A DNA stretch of 55,705 bases from a virus (lineage: Duplodnaviria; Caudoviricetes), in the IMG/VR virus record IMGVR_UViG_3300017903_001594, positions 1 through 55,705 of that record. One strand, written 5' to 3'. A program made the position numbers and the translations under genes. Under the pieces are notes generated by a model, which was not told where the DNA came from, searched no databases, and saw nothing but the letters and a program-made list of their open reading frames with translations. Below are positions 42,697-50,321 of this stretch, in pieces. The stretch's first letter is position 1, and each line of letters starts with the position of its first letter.

Positions 42697-44493
42697 TTAC
42701 TCTGGATACGCTGTAAACTTACTTCTCGTCAAATCCACATCAAGATACACTTCTCTCATAGCAACTACATCATCATTACGAGGAACTACACGAATTTCAA
42801 TTCTATTATCAGAAAAACTACCTTTTACGATAGTAATATCATATAATTTAATCTCACCTTTCTCATAATCTATTGTGCCAATAGAATCGTTTAAAACGAT
42901 TTTATCACCAGTCAAATTGTCTAATCTATATAGGTTGATTACACCATCGTTATCTTCCAGATACACTGTGTAAGTTGGGAATTCGGATACTTTAAATCCG
43001 CTGGAAGACATTACAGGACCGTCACAATCCTTATCAAATGGATTCTGATAACAGACCTCATAATATGATTTAGAATTGATTTGAGGATAAAAATCTTTTC
43101 TTAGAATAATAGATGTTGTATTTGAATTGATTACGCTCTCGGTATTGTCAATTGTTGATACAAATTTACTATATCTAAATTTACCGTTAAATTTCTCAAC
43201 TTGAGACTGCTTGAGATAGGAGTCTAAAGCAGTAATAACCTTTGTTGTGATTTCTTCTGGTCTTTGGGTTGTTCTACTGCTATCGTAGTAAATTTTAGAA
43301 GTCGCCTCGACATAAAGAATAGATGGGTCAATAATATCTGGAGACACCGAAGCAACCATATACTTTTTCAATTTACTAGCAATTTCTTGCTTAGTTGTTT
43401 TTGATAACGTACTAGCATTCTCTGGTTTTATTACAATCTTAACTTTGCCGTATTCTGGGGGATCATCTTCTTCACCACCAAATGTAATAATGTCAGAAAT
43501 TGCTGGATAAATGTTTCTCACGATAGCAGCATAATCAGCAGCAGTTACTGCTCTATCTTGAGTTGAAAAATATTTTGGAGCATTAAACTTAATTTTAGAG
43601 ACTGACTCAATCTCTGCTCCACCATTAGATACCGTACTACTCTCTATGCTTACATTAGAAGTAAATCCAGTGGAATAGAAGATATCAGTAAGAACACCAT
43701 TATATGTAAAACTTTTAGCGCCATTAGTCTCAGCACCATTCGTAATTAAATACGTAATCTCAATTTTCTCGCCATTCTCTAATTTTTTTCCAATTACACC
43801 ATCACCAAAGAAAATTTCATACCTTTCGTCTTCTACTTCATCAATAAAGTAAACAGTTGAATCTGAATCAACATTCAAGATGTTGTCAGAATATTCATAA
43901 ACTTGATAATTCGTAGATTGTGAACTTTCATAAACTTTCACTCTAATGCTACTAATATCAATATTAGCATTTTGAATGATGAATCGTTGTGGAGTCGCTG
44001 TATTCACAACAAAATTACTTTCAATAATTGTTCCCTCATATACAGGAATATTACTGAATATAGCATCACCATTTACTACAGGTGCTGTGTGATCATCAAT
44101 TGCAACATAGGAATACAAAGTCTCATCAAATGTAGTCGTAAACCCTGTTCCCTTTTTCAATAAAGCAGTTGTTGGTGCCGCTTGGGGATATGTCGCTCTA
44201 AACGTTATATTTGCTTTTGGAGCAGTCCTAGACTTTGGTTTGTACCCTAATTGCTTAGCAAGAGCAACGACATTATCACGAATCGTGGCAGAGTCTAAAA
44301 ATAACTCATTCACCACCATATTAGTGTTGAATGCTGTGTAGTAAGTATTATAAGCAAGAACATCCAATAAGACATTCATCGCTGATCCTTCAAAATCATA
44401 CGACGTGAAATCTGTCTGTGCCCTAAGATATTCCTTTAGGGCAGTCTTGATTTGACCGAAGTCTAAATTAGAAACCTGTACGTATGATGGCAT
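42697..44493 (-). CDS. gp6: Baseplate wedge subunit (T4 gp6-like)
   Basis: LDFGQIK, DFEGS, LAYNTYY, FLDSATIR, FGDGVIG, QDRAVTAADY, GTIDYEKG. Confidence 0.95.
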   Translation of the reverse strand: MPSYVQVSNLDFGQIKTALKEYLRAQTDFTSYDFEGSAMNVLLDVLAYNTYYTAFNTNMVVNELFLDSATIRDNVVALAKQLGYKPKSRTAPKANITFRATYPQAAPTTALLKKGTGFTTTFDETLYSYVAIDDHTAPVVNGDAIFSNIPVYEGTIIESNFVVNTATPQRFIIQNANIDISSIRVKVYESSQSTNYQVYEYSDNILNVDSDSTVYFIDEVEDERYEIFFGDGVIGKKLENGEKIEITYLITNGAETNGAKSFTYNGVLTDIFYSTGFTSNVSIESSTVSNGGAEIESVSKIKFNAPKYFSTQDRAVTAADYAAIVRNIYPAISDIITFGGEEDDPPEYGKVKIVIKPENASTLSKTTKQEIASKLKKYMVASVSPDIIDPSILYVEATSKIYYDSSRTTQRPEEITTKVITALDSYLKQSQVEKFNGKFRYSKFVSTIDNTESVINSNTTSIILRKDFYPQINSKSYYEVCYQNPFDKDCDGPVMSSSGFKVSEFPTYTVYLEDNDGVINLYRLDNLTGDKIVLNDSIGTIDYEKGEIKLYDITIVKGSFSDNRIEIRVVPRNDDVVAMREVYLDVDLTRSKFTAYPE

Positions 44494-44495
44494 TG

Positions 44496-44888
44496 TTATC
44501 TAGCACTCTCTAGGAAAAATTCTACATTAACAGGAAGATCATCACGCCCGACGACCTCATAGACTAGATTAATGTCATAACCATTGTCATCAACATTAAT
44601 ATCAACATCTAACTGCCTGACCTCAATACGACGCTCATAATTGCTTAATACAACTAAGATTTCGTCCCTTATAATGCTAGCAGTACCATAATCAACAGGC
44701 TCAAATAATAAATCAGTTAAACTTGTCCCAATCTGTGATTGAAACAATCGTTCGCCTTTTCTAGTCAATAATAGATTCTTAATGGACTGTTTGATGTCCG
44801 CAGAATCTTTTACTACCATCAAATCCTCAGTCACAGGATGAGGCTTGAAATTAATATTAAAGTCCTTAAATATTTGGAACTCAGGCAT
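44496..44888 (-). CDS. gp25: Baseplate wedge subunit (T4 gp25-like)
   Basis: IKQSIKNLLLTRKGERLF...G..L..LLFEP, NYERRI; precedes gp6. Confidence 0.93.
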   Translation of the reverse strand: MPEFQIFKDFNINFKPHPVTEDLMVVKDSADIKQSIKNLLLTRKGERLFQSQIGTSLTDLLFEPVDYGTASIIRDEILVVLSNYERRIEVRQLDVDINVDDNGYDINLVYEVVGRDDLPVNVEFFLESAR

Positions 44889-44905
44889 GAAGGTAGTTTA
44901 TTGAC

Positions 44906-44912
44906 TATTTAT
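44906..44912 (-). promoter_or_regulatory. T4-type late promoter motif (ATAAATA) upstream of gp25
   Basis: Intergenic, 17 nt upstream of the ATG. Confidence 0.6.
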
Positions 44913-44913
44913 C

Positions 44914-45078
44914 TTACTTCCCACAAAACCCTTCATCCCATTCTGCTTGACTTAAAAAATTGGTTAAGTTCTTTCTCTCTCTATACTTCCTTAACCAATA
45001 ATCACTCGATCGATCTGTGATGAGTGTCATTCCAGATTCTACGAACTGTTTGCTCTTGTCTACTGGTGAATTTGCCAT
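44914..45078 (-). CDS. Small hypothetical protein (54 aa, MANSPVDKSKQFVESGMTLITD...)
   Basis: Hand-translated; fills the gap before gp25; GAGG upstream; below the ORF-track cutoff. Confidence 0.65.
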   Translation of the reverse strand: MANSPVDKSKQFVESGMTLITDRSSDYWLRKYRERKNLTNFLSQAEWDEGFCGK

Positions 45079-45496
45079 TAATAATCCTCTTGTACATTTC
45101 TTCGTGCCAATGACTATAATAGTCGGTTTTATGTAATTGTTCCCTCGCCTGTAATAATTTATCTCTATTCTGACTTAAAATGAGATTATCTTTACCAAAG
45201 TTACTTTGAACCCCTCCAATAAACGTCGGTTCGTCCTTATGATCATCTAACCACATATAATCCCTATGAATCATATTAAGACGATCTACAGTTGCCATCA
45301 TAGAAGCAATACTACAATCACCAACAATAAAAATTACTACATCAAATCCTTCTATCAGAGTCACATCGCTCAGAGCAGTTTCTTCTATATGTACAGACGC
45401 AGAAAAAGCGTAGGGACAGATGGCAAAACCACCCAATTCCCCACGCTTCACAGAAACATGCTTAATCCATTCTCTTACTTCACTTACCTTGTCCAC
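45002..45496 (-). CDS. Hypothetical protein with CPYA motif
   Basis: ORF-track 45002..45535; GTG at 45496 reduces overlap with the upstream basic ORF. Confidence 0.7.
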   Translation of the reverse strand: MDKVSEVREWIKHVSVKRGELGGFAICPYAFSASVHIEETALSDVTLIEGFDVVIFIVGDCSIASMMATVDRLNMIHRDYMWLDDHKDEPTFIGGVQSNFGKDNLILSQNRDKLLQAREQLHKTDYYSHWHEEMYKRIINGKFTSRQEQTVRRIWNDTHHRSIE

Positions 45497-45626
45497 GGTA
45501 TTTCTTCTTTGCTTTGTTTCTACTACTCGAAGCATACTTCGTGTTCTTGCCCATTCCTTGTCGTGTTTTCTTGGGCACAGACTCGATCATCTTATCGCCC
45601 ATTAGTCCAACTTTTGCTTTTGCCAT
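45480..45626 (-). CDS. Small highly basic protein (48 aa, ...KKTRQGMGKNTKYASSSRNKAKKKYRGQGK)
   Basis: Hand-translated; fills the gap between two genes; Lys/Arg-rich. Confidence 0.7.
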   Translation of the reverse strand: MAKAKVGLMGDKMIESVPKKTRQGMGKNTKYASSSRNKAKKKYRGQGK

Positions 45627-45649
45627 AATAATCTTTGCTATTTCTCTAA

Positions 45650-46021
45650 TTATACATTACGTGATTGAATTTGTACAGTGGGATCTCCAAATGGTCCCAC
45701 TAATGGTCTGTCAGTACCAACCATTTGTGCCCTATCTCCTTGTACAGCTGGCAATTGCCTGTTAAAAAAGACTGTAGTGTTGATTGTTGCTACAATTACC
45801 CTATTGCCTGGTTGACATGGAAGAGGAATTGTGTTGGTGGGTAATGGTGTCCCAGGAGATGGTTCAGGGACCGTAGAAGACGTGTAAAACTGTACTGACT
45901 GTCTTCCTATCTTAATGTTCGGAGAAACGATTGGAGCGCCTCCTAGTGCCTTAGCAGGATATTGACATAAAGCATCTGTTGATACTGTGTCAACTGTCTG
46001 TGGTGTCACTAATAAGGGCAT
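45650..46021 (-). CDS. PAAR-like spike-tip protein (putative)
   Basis: 123 aa, Pro-rich; SPNIKIG and TVFFNRQLPAVQGD motifs resemble PAAR repeats; near baseplate genes. Confidence 0.5.
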   Translation of the reverse strand: MPLLVTPQTVDTVSTDALCQYPAKALGGAPIVSPNIKIGRQSVQFYTSSTVPEPSPGTPLPTNTIPLPCQPGNRVIVATINTTVFFNRQLPAVQGDRAQMVGTDRPLVGPFGDPTVQIQSRNV

Positions 46022-46175
46022 TCTCGATCCTCTGTAATCTGTACTCTACCTCATTAAGGTAATCTGTTAATTGGGTATACTCCCCACCAGGAGGCTTATA
46101 CATCATCTTCATCTTACTCAGAAAGGTATTCAGTTCTTCCGTCGTAAGATACTTTTTCTCCTCTGGTTGTTCCAT
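45990..46175 (-). CDS. Hypothetical protein
   Basis: 61-aa ORF (MMYKPPG...DYLNEVEYRL) in the late operon. Confidence 0.65.
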   Translation of the reverse strand: MEQPEEKKYLTTEELNTFLSKMKMMYKPPGGEYTQLTDYLNEVEYRLQRIENALISDTTDS

Positions 46176-46335
46176 TGTCTAATACTGTCTCAACGTTTAC
46201 ATCTCCAGGTTCTTTCAGTCCCTGGTAATACTGATTTGCTACATCCTCCATATTATCACAAAACTCATCGAATTGATCAAACATAGTTTCTTGTAATACA
46301 CCGTTAGGTGTTCTGTAAGTTACTTTGTGTTGCAT
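46114..46335 (-). CDS. Hypothetical protein, first gene of the late structural block
   Basis: 73-aa acidic ORF downstream of the late-promoter motif at 46410. Confidence 0.7.
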   Translation of the reverse strand: MQHKVTYRTPNGVLQETMFDQFDEFCDNMEDVANQYYQGLKEPGDVNVETVLDNGTTRGEKVSYDGRTEYLSE

Positions 46336-46409
46336 CGACTTTTTTGGGGCGAATTTTCTGGGCGATTTTTTTATTTTTCGAGTTCTCCACTTTGGGAATT
46401 CTCTCTTAA

Positions 46410-46416
46410 TATTTAT
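46410..46416 (-). promoter_or_regulatory. T4-type late promoter motif (ATAAATA)
   Basis: Intergenic, at the early/late boundary, downstream of a terminator. Confidence 0.6.
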
Positions 46417-46486
46417 CGCCCCCTGGGAAACGTTTATAGCTTAGAAAGAAGGTACTTTTTTGGCATCGCTCGGCGCTCGGGGGTAT

Positions 46487-46514
46487 AACAAATAAGGGGC
46501 ATATTACTGCCCCT
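46487..46514 (-). terminator. Rho-independent terminator closing the early region
   Basis: 7-bp stem AGGGGCA/TGCCCCT, 6-nt loop, followed by TATTTGTT on the minus strand. Confidence 0.7.
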
Positions 46515-46530
46515 GTGTGTTACTAACTGT

Positions 46531-46731
46531 TCACCCGTTACCCATCACAACAGCGTATGCACTTGGTGAATCAATGTGTGAACGATCACGCCATTGTTGT
46601 GATCCTCGCTTAGTCTTAAATCCTACACGTTGGCAGATAAGTTCACCCTTACGTGGGCGACGGGGACGAATAGTTCTCATGGTGAATCCTGCTGCCATAA
46701 GTTCTGCTTTGGTGGCGGTGGCGAAGTTCAT
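46531..46731 (-). CDS. Small basic hypothetical protein
   Basis: 66-aa Arg-rich ORF, last gene before the terminator. Confidence 0.7.
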   Translation of the reverse strand: MNFATATKAELMAAGFTMRTIRPRRPRKGELICQRVGFKTKRGSQQWRDRSHIDSPSAYAVVMGNG

Positions 46732-46754
46732 TGAATGAGAGATGATTGTGCTGA

Positions 46755-46979
46755 TCAGTTGAACAATAGGGAAGCGATTGCCTCAATGCCTGCCTCCTCT
46801 GCTTTGATGGTGACCCATGGCATCGGTTCACCTTGGTGAGGGCATCGCCAGATCACGGCATCCTCTTCTAGGGTTGCTGCCAGTTGGTAGGCATGGTTGA
46901 TATCGGTCGCCCACAGGCAACCCCACTCGTCAAAGGTGCCGAAGGACTTAGGTTGGACAGCAAAGGAAGCGGTGGGCAT
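46755..46979 (-). CDS. Hypothetical early protein (74 aa)
   Basis: Start moved to ATG 46979, downstream of the TGCTATAAT box at 47002-47010. Confidence 0.7.
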   Translation of the reverse strand: MPTASFAVQPKSFGTFDEWGCLWATDINHAYQLAATLEEDAVIWRCPHQGEPMPWVTIKAEEAGIEAIASLLFN

Positions 46980-47001
46980 CGTGTGGTGTGTCGTTGGTGA
47001 A

Positions 47002-47041
47002 ATTATAGCATGGAGGGGGCGACCCCTCACAGTTCTGCCAG
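47002..47041 (-). promoter_or_regulatory. Early promoter, degenerate cassette copy (extended -10 TGCTATAAT)
   Basis: CTGGCAGA half-site 26 nt upstream of TATAAT; spacer hairpin GAGGGG-TCGC-CCCCTC. Confidence 0.6.
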
Positions 47042-47239
47042 CATCTCATCCAACTCATCGGTGTCGATCCGTCCATCCATCCAACGGGCACCGTCAGGGG
47101 TCATCTGTCCCCACATCAATTCTAGACGGGGGATGAGATGATCGTAGGAGTCGTATTTCTGGGCGACCTTGTAGGTCGTCTCGTCATTCTGAATCCAGAG
47201 GGCGACATTCCAGGTCTCCCAATTTTTCCAACCGTTCAT
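47027..47239 (-). CDS. Hypothetical phage protein (NGWKNWETWNVALWIQNDE)
   Basis: 70-aa ORF with its own promoter cassette; Trp-rich N-terminal motif that I recognise from small phage proteins. Confidence 0.8.
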   Translation of the reverse strand: MNGWKNWETWNVALWIQNDETTYKVAQKYDSYDHLIPRLELMWGQMTPDGARWMDGRIDTDELDEMLAEL

Positions 47240-47264
47240 CGTGTGTCGTTTGTGTGTTGTGTGT

Positions 47265-47322
47265 ATCCTAGAGCCCAGGGCAGGCGATCAAGGCAGCAGG
47301 TGTGCCAGTCCCTGCTCTGCCA
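47265..47322 (-). promoter_or_regulatory. Early promoter cassette
   Basis: TGGCAGAG-CAGG-GACTGGCA-CA, 30 nt, TAGGAT. Confidence 0.7.
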
Positions 47323-47425
47323 CAAATGCTTCAAAGGAAAGCGGTTCATCGCCACAGTCTACGAATTCGAGCAGATACTCGTCGAACTCAAACCGAAGGT
47401 CTTGGAGGGAGGGAACGTAGATCAT
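47288..47425 (-). CDS. Small acidic hypothetical protein (45 aa)
   Basis: ORF-track 47288..47524 trimmed to ATG 47425, downstream of the promoter at 47449. Confidence 0.65.
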   Translation of the reverse strand: MIYVPSLQDLRFEFDEYLLEFVDCGDEPLSFEAFVAEQGLAHLLP

Positions 47426-47448
47426 GGGTCGTTTGCTTTGTTGTGTGT

Positions 47449-47505
47449 ATCCTAGACGGTCATGGGGCGAAGTCTGCCCCATGGGGGACGGTTCAGCGAC
47501 CGTAC
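47449..47505 (-). promoter_or_regulatory. Early promoter cassette
   Basis: GTACGGTC-GCTG-AACCGTCC-CC, 29 nt containing perfect hairpin CATGGGGC/GCCCCATG, TAGGAT. Confidence 0.7.
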
Positions 47506-47684
47506 CCATAGCGTCGGGCATCACGTTCCCAACGACGGCGGTCGTAGTCTTCTGCTGTGAAGTGATCGTCGAAGTCGCCGTCGAAGTCCATGGGTTGCCC
47601 TGCCCGTCCCGTCAGATCAGCAAAGGTGGCACGGTAAGGAGCACGGCAGAAGCGTTGATCGTGGTTCATGTCGTTTGTGTTCAT
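47493..47684 (-). CDS. Hypothetical early protein
   Basis: 63-aa ORF; ATG 6 nt after TATAAT. Confidence 0.7.
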   Translation of the reverse strand: MNTNDMNHDQRFCRAPYRATFADLTGRAGQPMDFDGDFDDHFTAEDYDRRRWERDARRYGYGR

Positions 47685-47690
47685 GGGTCA

Positions 47691-47748
47691 ATTATAAGGG
47701 GTCAGGGTGGCGATCAGTTCACCACATAGTCCACCTTGTCTGCTGGCA
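47691..47748 (-). promoter_or_regulatory. Early promoter cassette
   Basis: TGCCAGCA-GACA-AGGTGGAC-TA, 30 nt, TATAAT. Confidence 0.7.
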
Positions 47749-47962
47749 CACGTGAGACAGTGTAACGGCGGATCTGTTGATCATACTGTCTCCACTGTTC
47801 TATAGTCTCGTTCACAACTCGATTGTGTTGCCTATCCATGCCCTTAGCAGTCTTGCACTTACGTTCTTTTCTAAAGAAGATGATCGGATGGTGGGGAGAT
47901 TCTATAATCTCGATCTCTACCTTGTAGAAAGAATAGTTGCCTTTGGTTGACATTTTGTTCAT
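47714..47962 (-). CDS. Hypothetical early protein
   Basis: 82-aa ORF in the tightly packed array. Confidence 0.75.
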   Translation of the reverse strand: MNKMSTKGNYSFYKVEIEIIESPHHPIIFFRKERKCKTAKGMDRQHNRVVNETIEQWRQYDQQIRRYTVSRVPADKVDYVVN

Positions 47963-47984
47963 GATGATTGTGAAGAGGTTAGGA

Positions 47985-48104
47985 TCAGTCTAGAAGAGGA
48001 TCGTCTTTTTCAATGTCATCCTGCATATCAGGTGGCATCATCTCACGATCATCAATGTCCAGGTCGAATATTTCACCTGGCATGTCCATGATTTCATCCC
48101 ACAT
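47985..48104 (-). CDS. Small acidic protein (39 aa, MWDEIMDMPGEIFDLD...)
   Basis: Hand-translated; fills an intergenic gap. Confidence 0.55.
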   Translation of the reverse strand: MWDEIMDMPGEIFDLDIDDREMMPPDMQDDIEKDDPLLD

Positions 48105-48148
48105 TAGTTTATCAAAGCGAAGGGCAATTGTGCAAGGGTCAGTATACA

Positions 48149-48313
48149 TCAAAGACCGTTCATGAAGTCAGCGAGTGCCTCACGATACTCCTCTTCAGTG
48201 TTAAAAACTCGACCATGGATAGTCTTAGGAAACTCACCCAACTTAGCAGGGGTGGGAACATAATCACGACCCTTGGAGAGGATCTGTTGAACGTAGGGGT
48301 TGTTTGTTTTCAT
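48149..48313 (-). CDS. Hypothetical early protein (54 aa)
   Basis: Trimmed to ATG 48313, 6 nt after TATAAT. Confidence 0.7.
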   Translation of the reverse strand: MKTNNPYVQQILSKGRDYVPTPAKLGEFPKTIHGRVFNTEEEYREALADFMNGL

Positions 48314-48319
48314 GAAACC

Positions 48320-48378
48320 ATTATAAGCACAGGGTGGGGACGTTTGGGGTCGGTACTGTGCCACTTCGCCAACTGGTC
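48320..48378 (-). promoter_or_regulatory. Early promoter cassette
   Basis: GACCAGTT-GGCG-AAGTGGCA-CA, 31 nt, TATAAT. Confidence 0.75.
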
Positions 48379-48413
48379 ACGCAGCTGCGCAGTTTGTATC
48401 ACTAACTGGTTAA

Positions 48414-48614
48414 CTAGTCCAATACTATTTTATAATCAATGGATTTGACACACCAACCTGATGCACATGTGATTTCTTCAATGAGATCATCCTCATCAAC
48501 TGCATACCAAATTGTTGACATCGTTTGATTGATTGCACCTTGTTTCTCTTCTTCGGGATAAGGTCCAAATTCATCATCAAAATCAAACTCGATTTGTGTG
48601 ACTTGAAAATTCAT
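48414..48614 (-). CDS. Acidic hypothetical protein
   Basis: 66 aa (FQVTQIEFDFDD...DEDDLIEEITCASGWCVKSIDY). Confidence 0.8.
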   Translation of the reverse strand: MNFQVTQIEFDFDDEFGPYPEEEKQGAINQTMSTIWYAVDEDDLIEEITCASGWCVKSIDYKIVLD

Positions 48615-48635
48615 GATTAAAAGATGATCAGTTGG

Positions 48636-48758
48636 TTAATTTTGGGTGGTATATTCAACCTCTATGATGTCACAATGATCGTCATAGTCCTGAATTTCAT
48701 AATAGCTATCTTCTATAGATTGTTCTACCATTTCATCATACATTTCCTGAACTGTCAT
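48636..48758 (-). CDS. Small acidic hypothetical protein (40 aa)
   Basis: ATG 48758 preceded by GGAGG; the longer track ORF runs through a terminator hairpin. Confidence 0.55.
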   Translation of the reverse strand: MTVQEMYDEMVEQSIEDSYYEIQDYDDHCDIIEVEYTTQN

Positions 48759-48783
48759 TAACAAACCTCCAACATTTGTAGAT

Positions 48784-48809
48784 AAAAAAATACCACCGAC
48801 GACGGTGGT
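48784..48809 (-). terminator. Rho-independent terminator
   Basis: ACCACCG-TCGT-CGGTGGT followed by ATTTTTTT on the minus strand. Confidence 0.75.
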
Positions 48810-48854
48810 GAACATCATCTACCCCAGTGGGTAAATGGGGCATATTGTAATGTG

Positions 48855-49205
48855 TCAAGCGAAGACAAAACCATTCTCAAAATCTTCTACGTTGAAGACT
48901 TTACCAGTGATGGAAGATTGTCCGACAAACTTACGAACAAACCACTGAAAGTTCTTCTGAAAGACACCTTCACCAGCAATACAAAACTCAGAACAGAGAG
49001 CATTGAGACGAGACTTTGTGGTGTTGGATTGCCATCCACCATCAAAGATTGTCATGTCAGTGTCACTAACCTCAGCAATCTTGTTGCCATGGAGAAACAC
49101 TGTAGAGATGCCAGTTTCAGGATCAAAGGTAACAGCAGTGTTAGCAGATTGCCAGTTCTTGTTTGCCTGAATAGCGGCACACATTTGCTGTTCGATCTTA
49201 CGCAT
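48855..49205 (-). CDS. Hypothetical early protein
   Basis: 116 aa (LHGNKIA, GWQSNTTKSRLNAL); own promoter cassette. Confidence 0.85.
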   Translation of the reverse strand: MRKIEQQMCAAIQANKNWQSANTAVTFDPETGISTVFLHGNKIAEVSDTDMTIFDGGWQSNTTKSRLNALCSEFCIAGEGVFQKNFQWFVRKFVGQSSITGKVFNVEDFENGFVFA

Positions 49206-49232
49206 GTTTGGTGTCGTTTGGTTGACTTCTAT

Positions 49233-49289
49233 ACAATACAGGATCAGGGGGCAATCACAACCCCCTGTGTGCCACTATCTCAACTGGCA
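49233..49289 (-). promoter_or_regulatory. Early promoter cassette
   Basis: TGCCAGTT-GAGA-TAGTGGCA-CA, 29 nt with CAGGGGG/CCCCCTG hairpin, TATTGT. Confidence 0.75.
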
Positions 49290-49522
49290 GCATTCATCGT
49301 CTGCCCATAGGTCACTTTGACATCATCAACGTCTGCCAAATCTTTGTAAGTTTCTTCACCATAAAGATCAGTGATTTCTGCCTCTAAATCTTGCTCTTCA
49401 TAATCTTTCAGATTATCCATGATAGAATCGTAGGCAAATTGTGCCAACGTATCTATATCCATGCCATCCACAATTAGGTTGGCATAGTTCTCTTTAAGAG
49501 TGAAGAGATCAGATTGATTCAT
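49280..49522 (-). CDS. Acidic hypothetical protein
   Basis: 80-aa ORF with its own promoter cassette. Confidence 0.8.
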   Translation of the reverse strand: MNQSDLFTLKENYANLIVDGMDIDTLAQFAYDSIMDNLKDYEEQDLEAEITDLYGEETYKDLADVDDVKVTYGQTMNAAS

Positions 49523-49544
49523 AACAATTCCTGACGACTTCTAT

Positions 49545-49600
49545 ACAATACATGAAATTTAGCGTCTGTCAGCAAATAATGGACACTTCAATAACTGTCC
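49545..49600 (-). promoter_or_regulatory. Early promoter cassette
   Basis: GGACAGTT-ATTG-AAGTGTCC-AT, 28 nt, TATTGT; shares TGTATTGTATAGAAGTC with the 49233 copy. Confidence 0.75.
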
Positions 49601-49749
49601 TCGTAGTCACTGTAATCTTTAAACTTTGGGGTACGTTTCTGTTTTGACTGATATCTTCGGGCATTCTTTACATTATACCCGAAATCTTCGTACTCATCTT
49701 CAAACTGTGCTTTGTAAGATTGAGTGGAATTACGATTAGTTTTTGCCAT
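49588..49749 (-). CDS. Small hypothetical protein (53 aa, MAKTNRNSTQSYKAQFEDEYEDFG...)
   Basis: Hand-translated; fills a gap. Confidence 0.6.
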   Translation of the reverse strand: MAKTNRNSTQSYKAQFEDEYEDFGYNVKNARRYQSKQKRTPKFKDYSDYEDSY

Positions 49750-49771
49750 TAATCTGTGGTAATACTTGATA

Positions 49772-50011
49772 TCAAACTTTGCCAGTATTTAGTACAACAA
49801 TATCCTCATTTTTGATGGATTTGTTGATTAATCTACCAATACTTGCTTCAGCTAATAGACTCAATAACAGATTTTTTCTGAAATCTTCGTTATTAATAAT
49901 ATAATTGTATGATTTATTACTATTTTTGAAAATAATAGTCATATCAAAGCTTTTATTTGATACTAATTCAATACTTTCAATAGCTGTACTATCAAAATGT
50001 GAGATTAACAT
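49772..50011 (-). CDS. Hypothetical protein, KTSC-like
   Basis: STAIESI...IIFKN...Y.Y...SIGRLINKSIK pattern resembles KTSC; very AT-rich. Confidence 0.55.
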   Translation of the reverse strand: MLISHFDSTAIESIELVSNKSFDMTIIFKNSNKSYNYIINNEDFRKNLLLSLLAEASIGRLINKSIKNEDIVVLNTGKV

Positions 50012-50040
50012 GAAATTGTTAAAGTTTAACTATTTTAAAA

Positions 50041-50132
50041 TCTGAAAAAACGAAAAAACTCAAAAATCTCACTTTTTTAAAAATTAAACTTTTTGGTTTT
50101 TTGAGTTTTTTGACTTTTTTCGATTTTTCAGA
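50041..50132. repeat. 92-bp imperfect inverted repeat built from A-tracts
   Basis: Arms pair as 9+8+7+4 bp blocks separated by single mismatches. Confidence 0.85.
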
Positions 50133-50140
50133 ACATAGTA

Positions 50141-50198
50141 ATTATACAGTGCCTAGGATGCCCTGAGAGGGGTCTGTGTGCCACTACAAGGGGTGTCT
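50141..50198 (-). promoter_or_regulatory. Early promoter cassette
   Basis: AGACACCC-CTTG-TAGTGGCA-CA, 30 nt, TATAAT. Confidence 0.7.
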
Positions 50199-50300
50199 AC
50201 GAGTGCTTGACTGTCGTTGGGTGGTGTGCTAAGACAACAACACCTCCGTACATTACAGAACGTTACCTATATTTTTTTAAACATTAATTAACATCTTAAC

Positions 50301-50321
50301 TTTTCCACAGGTTTTTCCACA
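50301..50321 (+). promoter_or_regulatory. Two tandem TTTTCCACA (DnaA-box-like) sites
   Basis: Exact 9-mers at 50301-50309 and 50313-50321 in non-coding DNA. Confidence 0.5.

Noticed and set aside
46980-50200. Recurrent palindromes as a CRISPR array or attachment-site cassette array
   Set aside because: Copies are degenerate, irregularly spaced and tied to -10 boxes; no cas gene or integrase in the window
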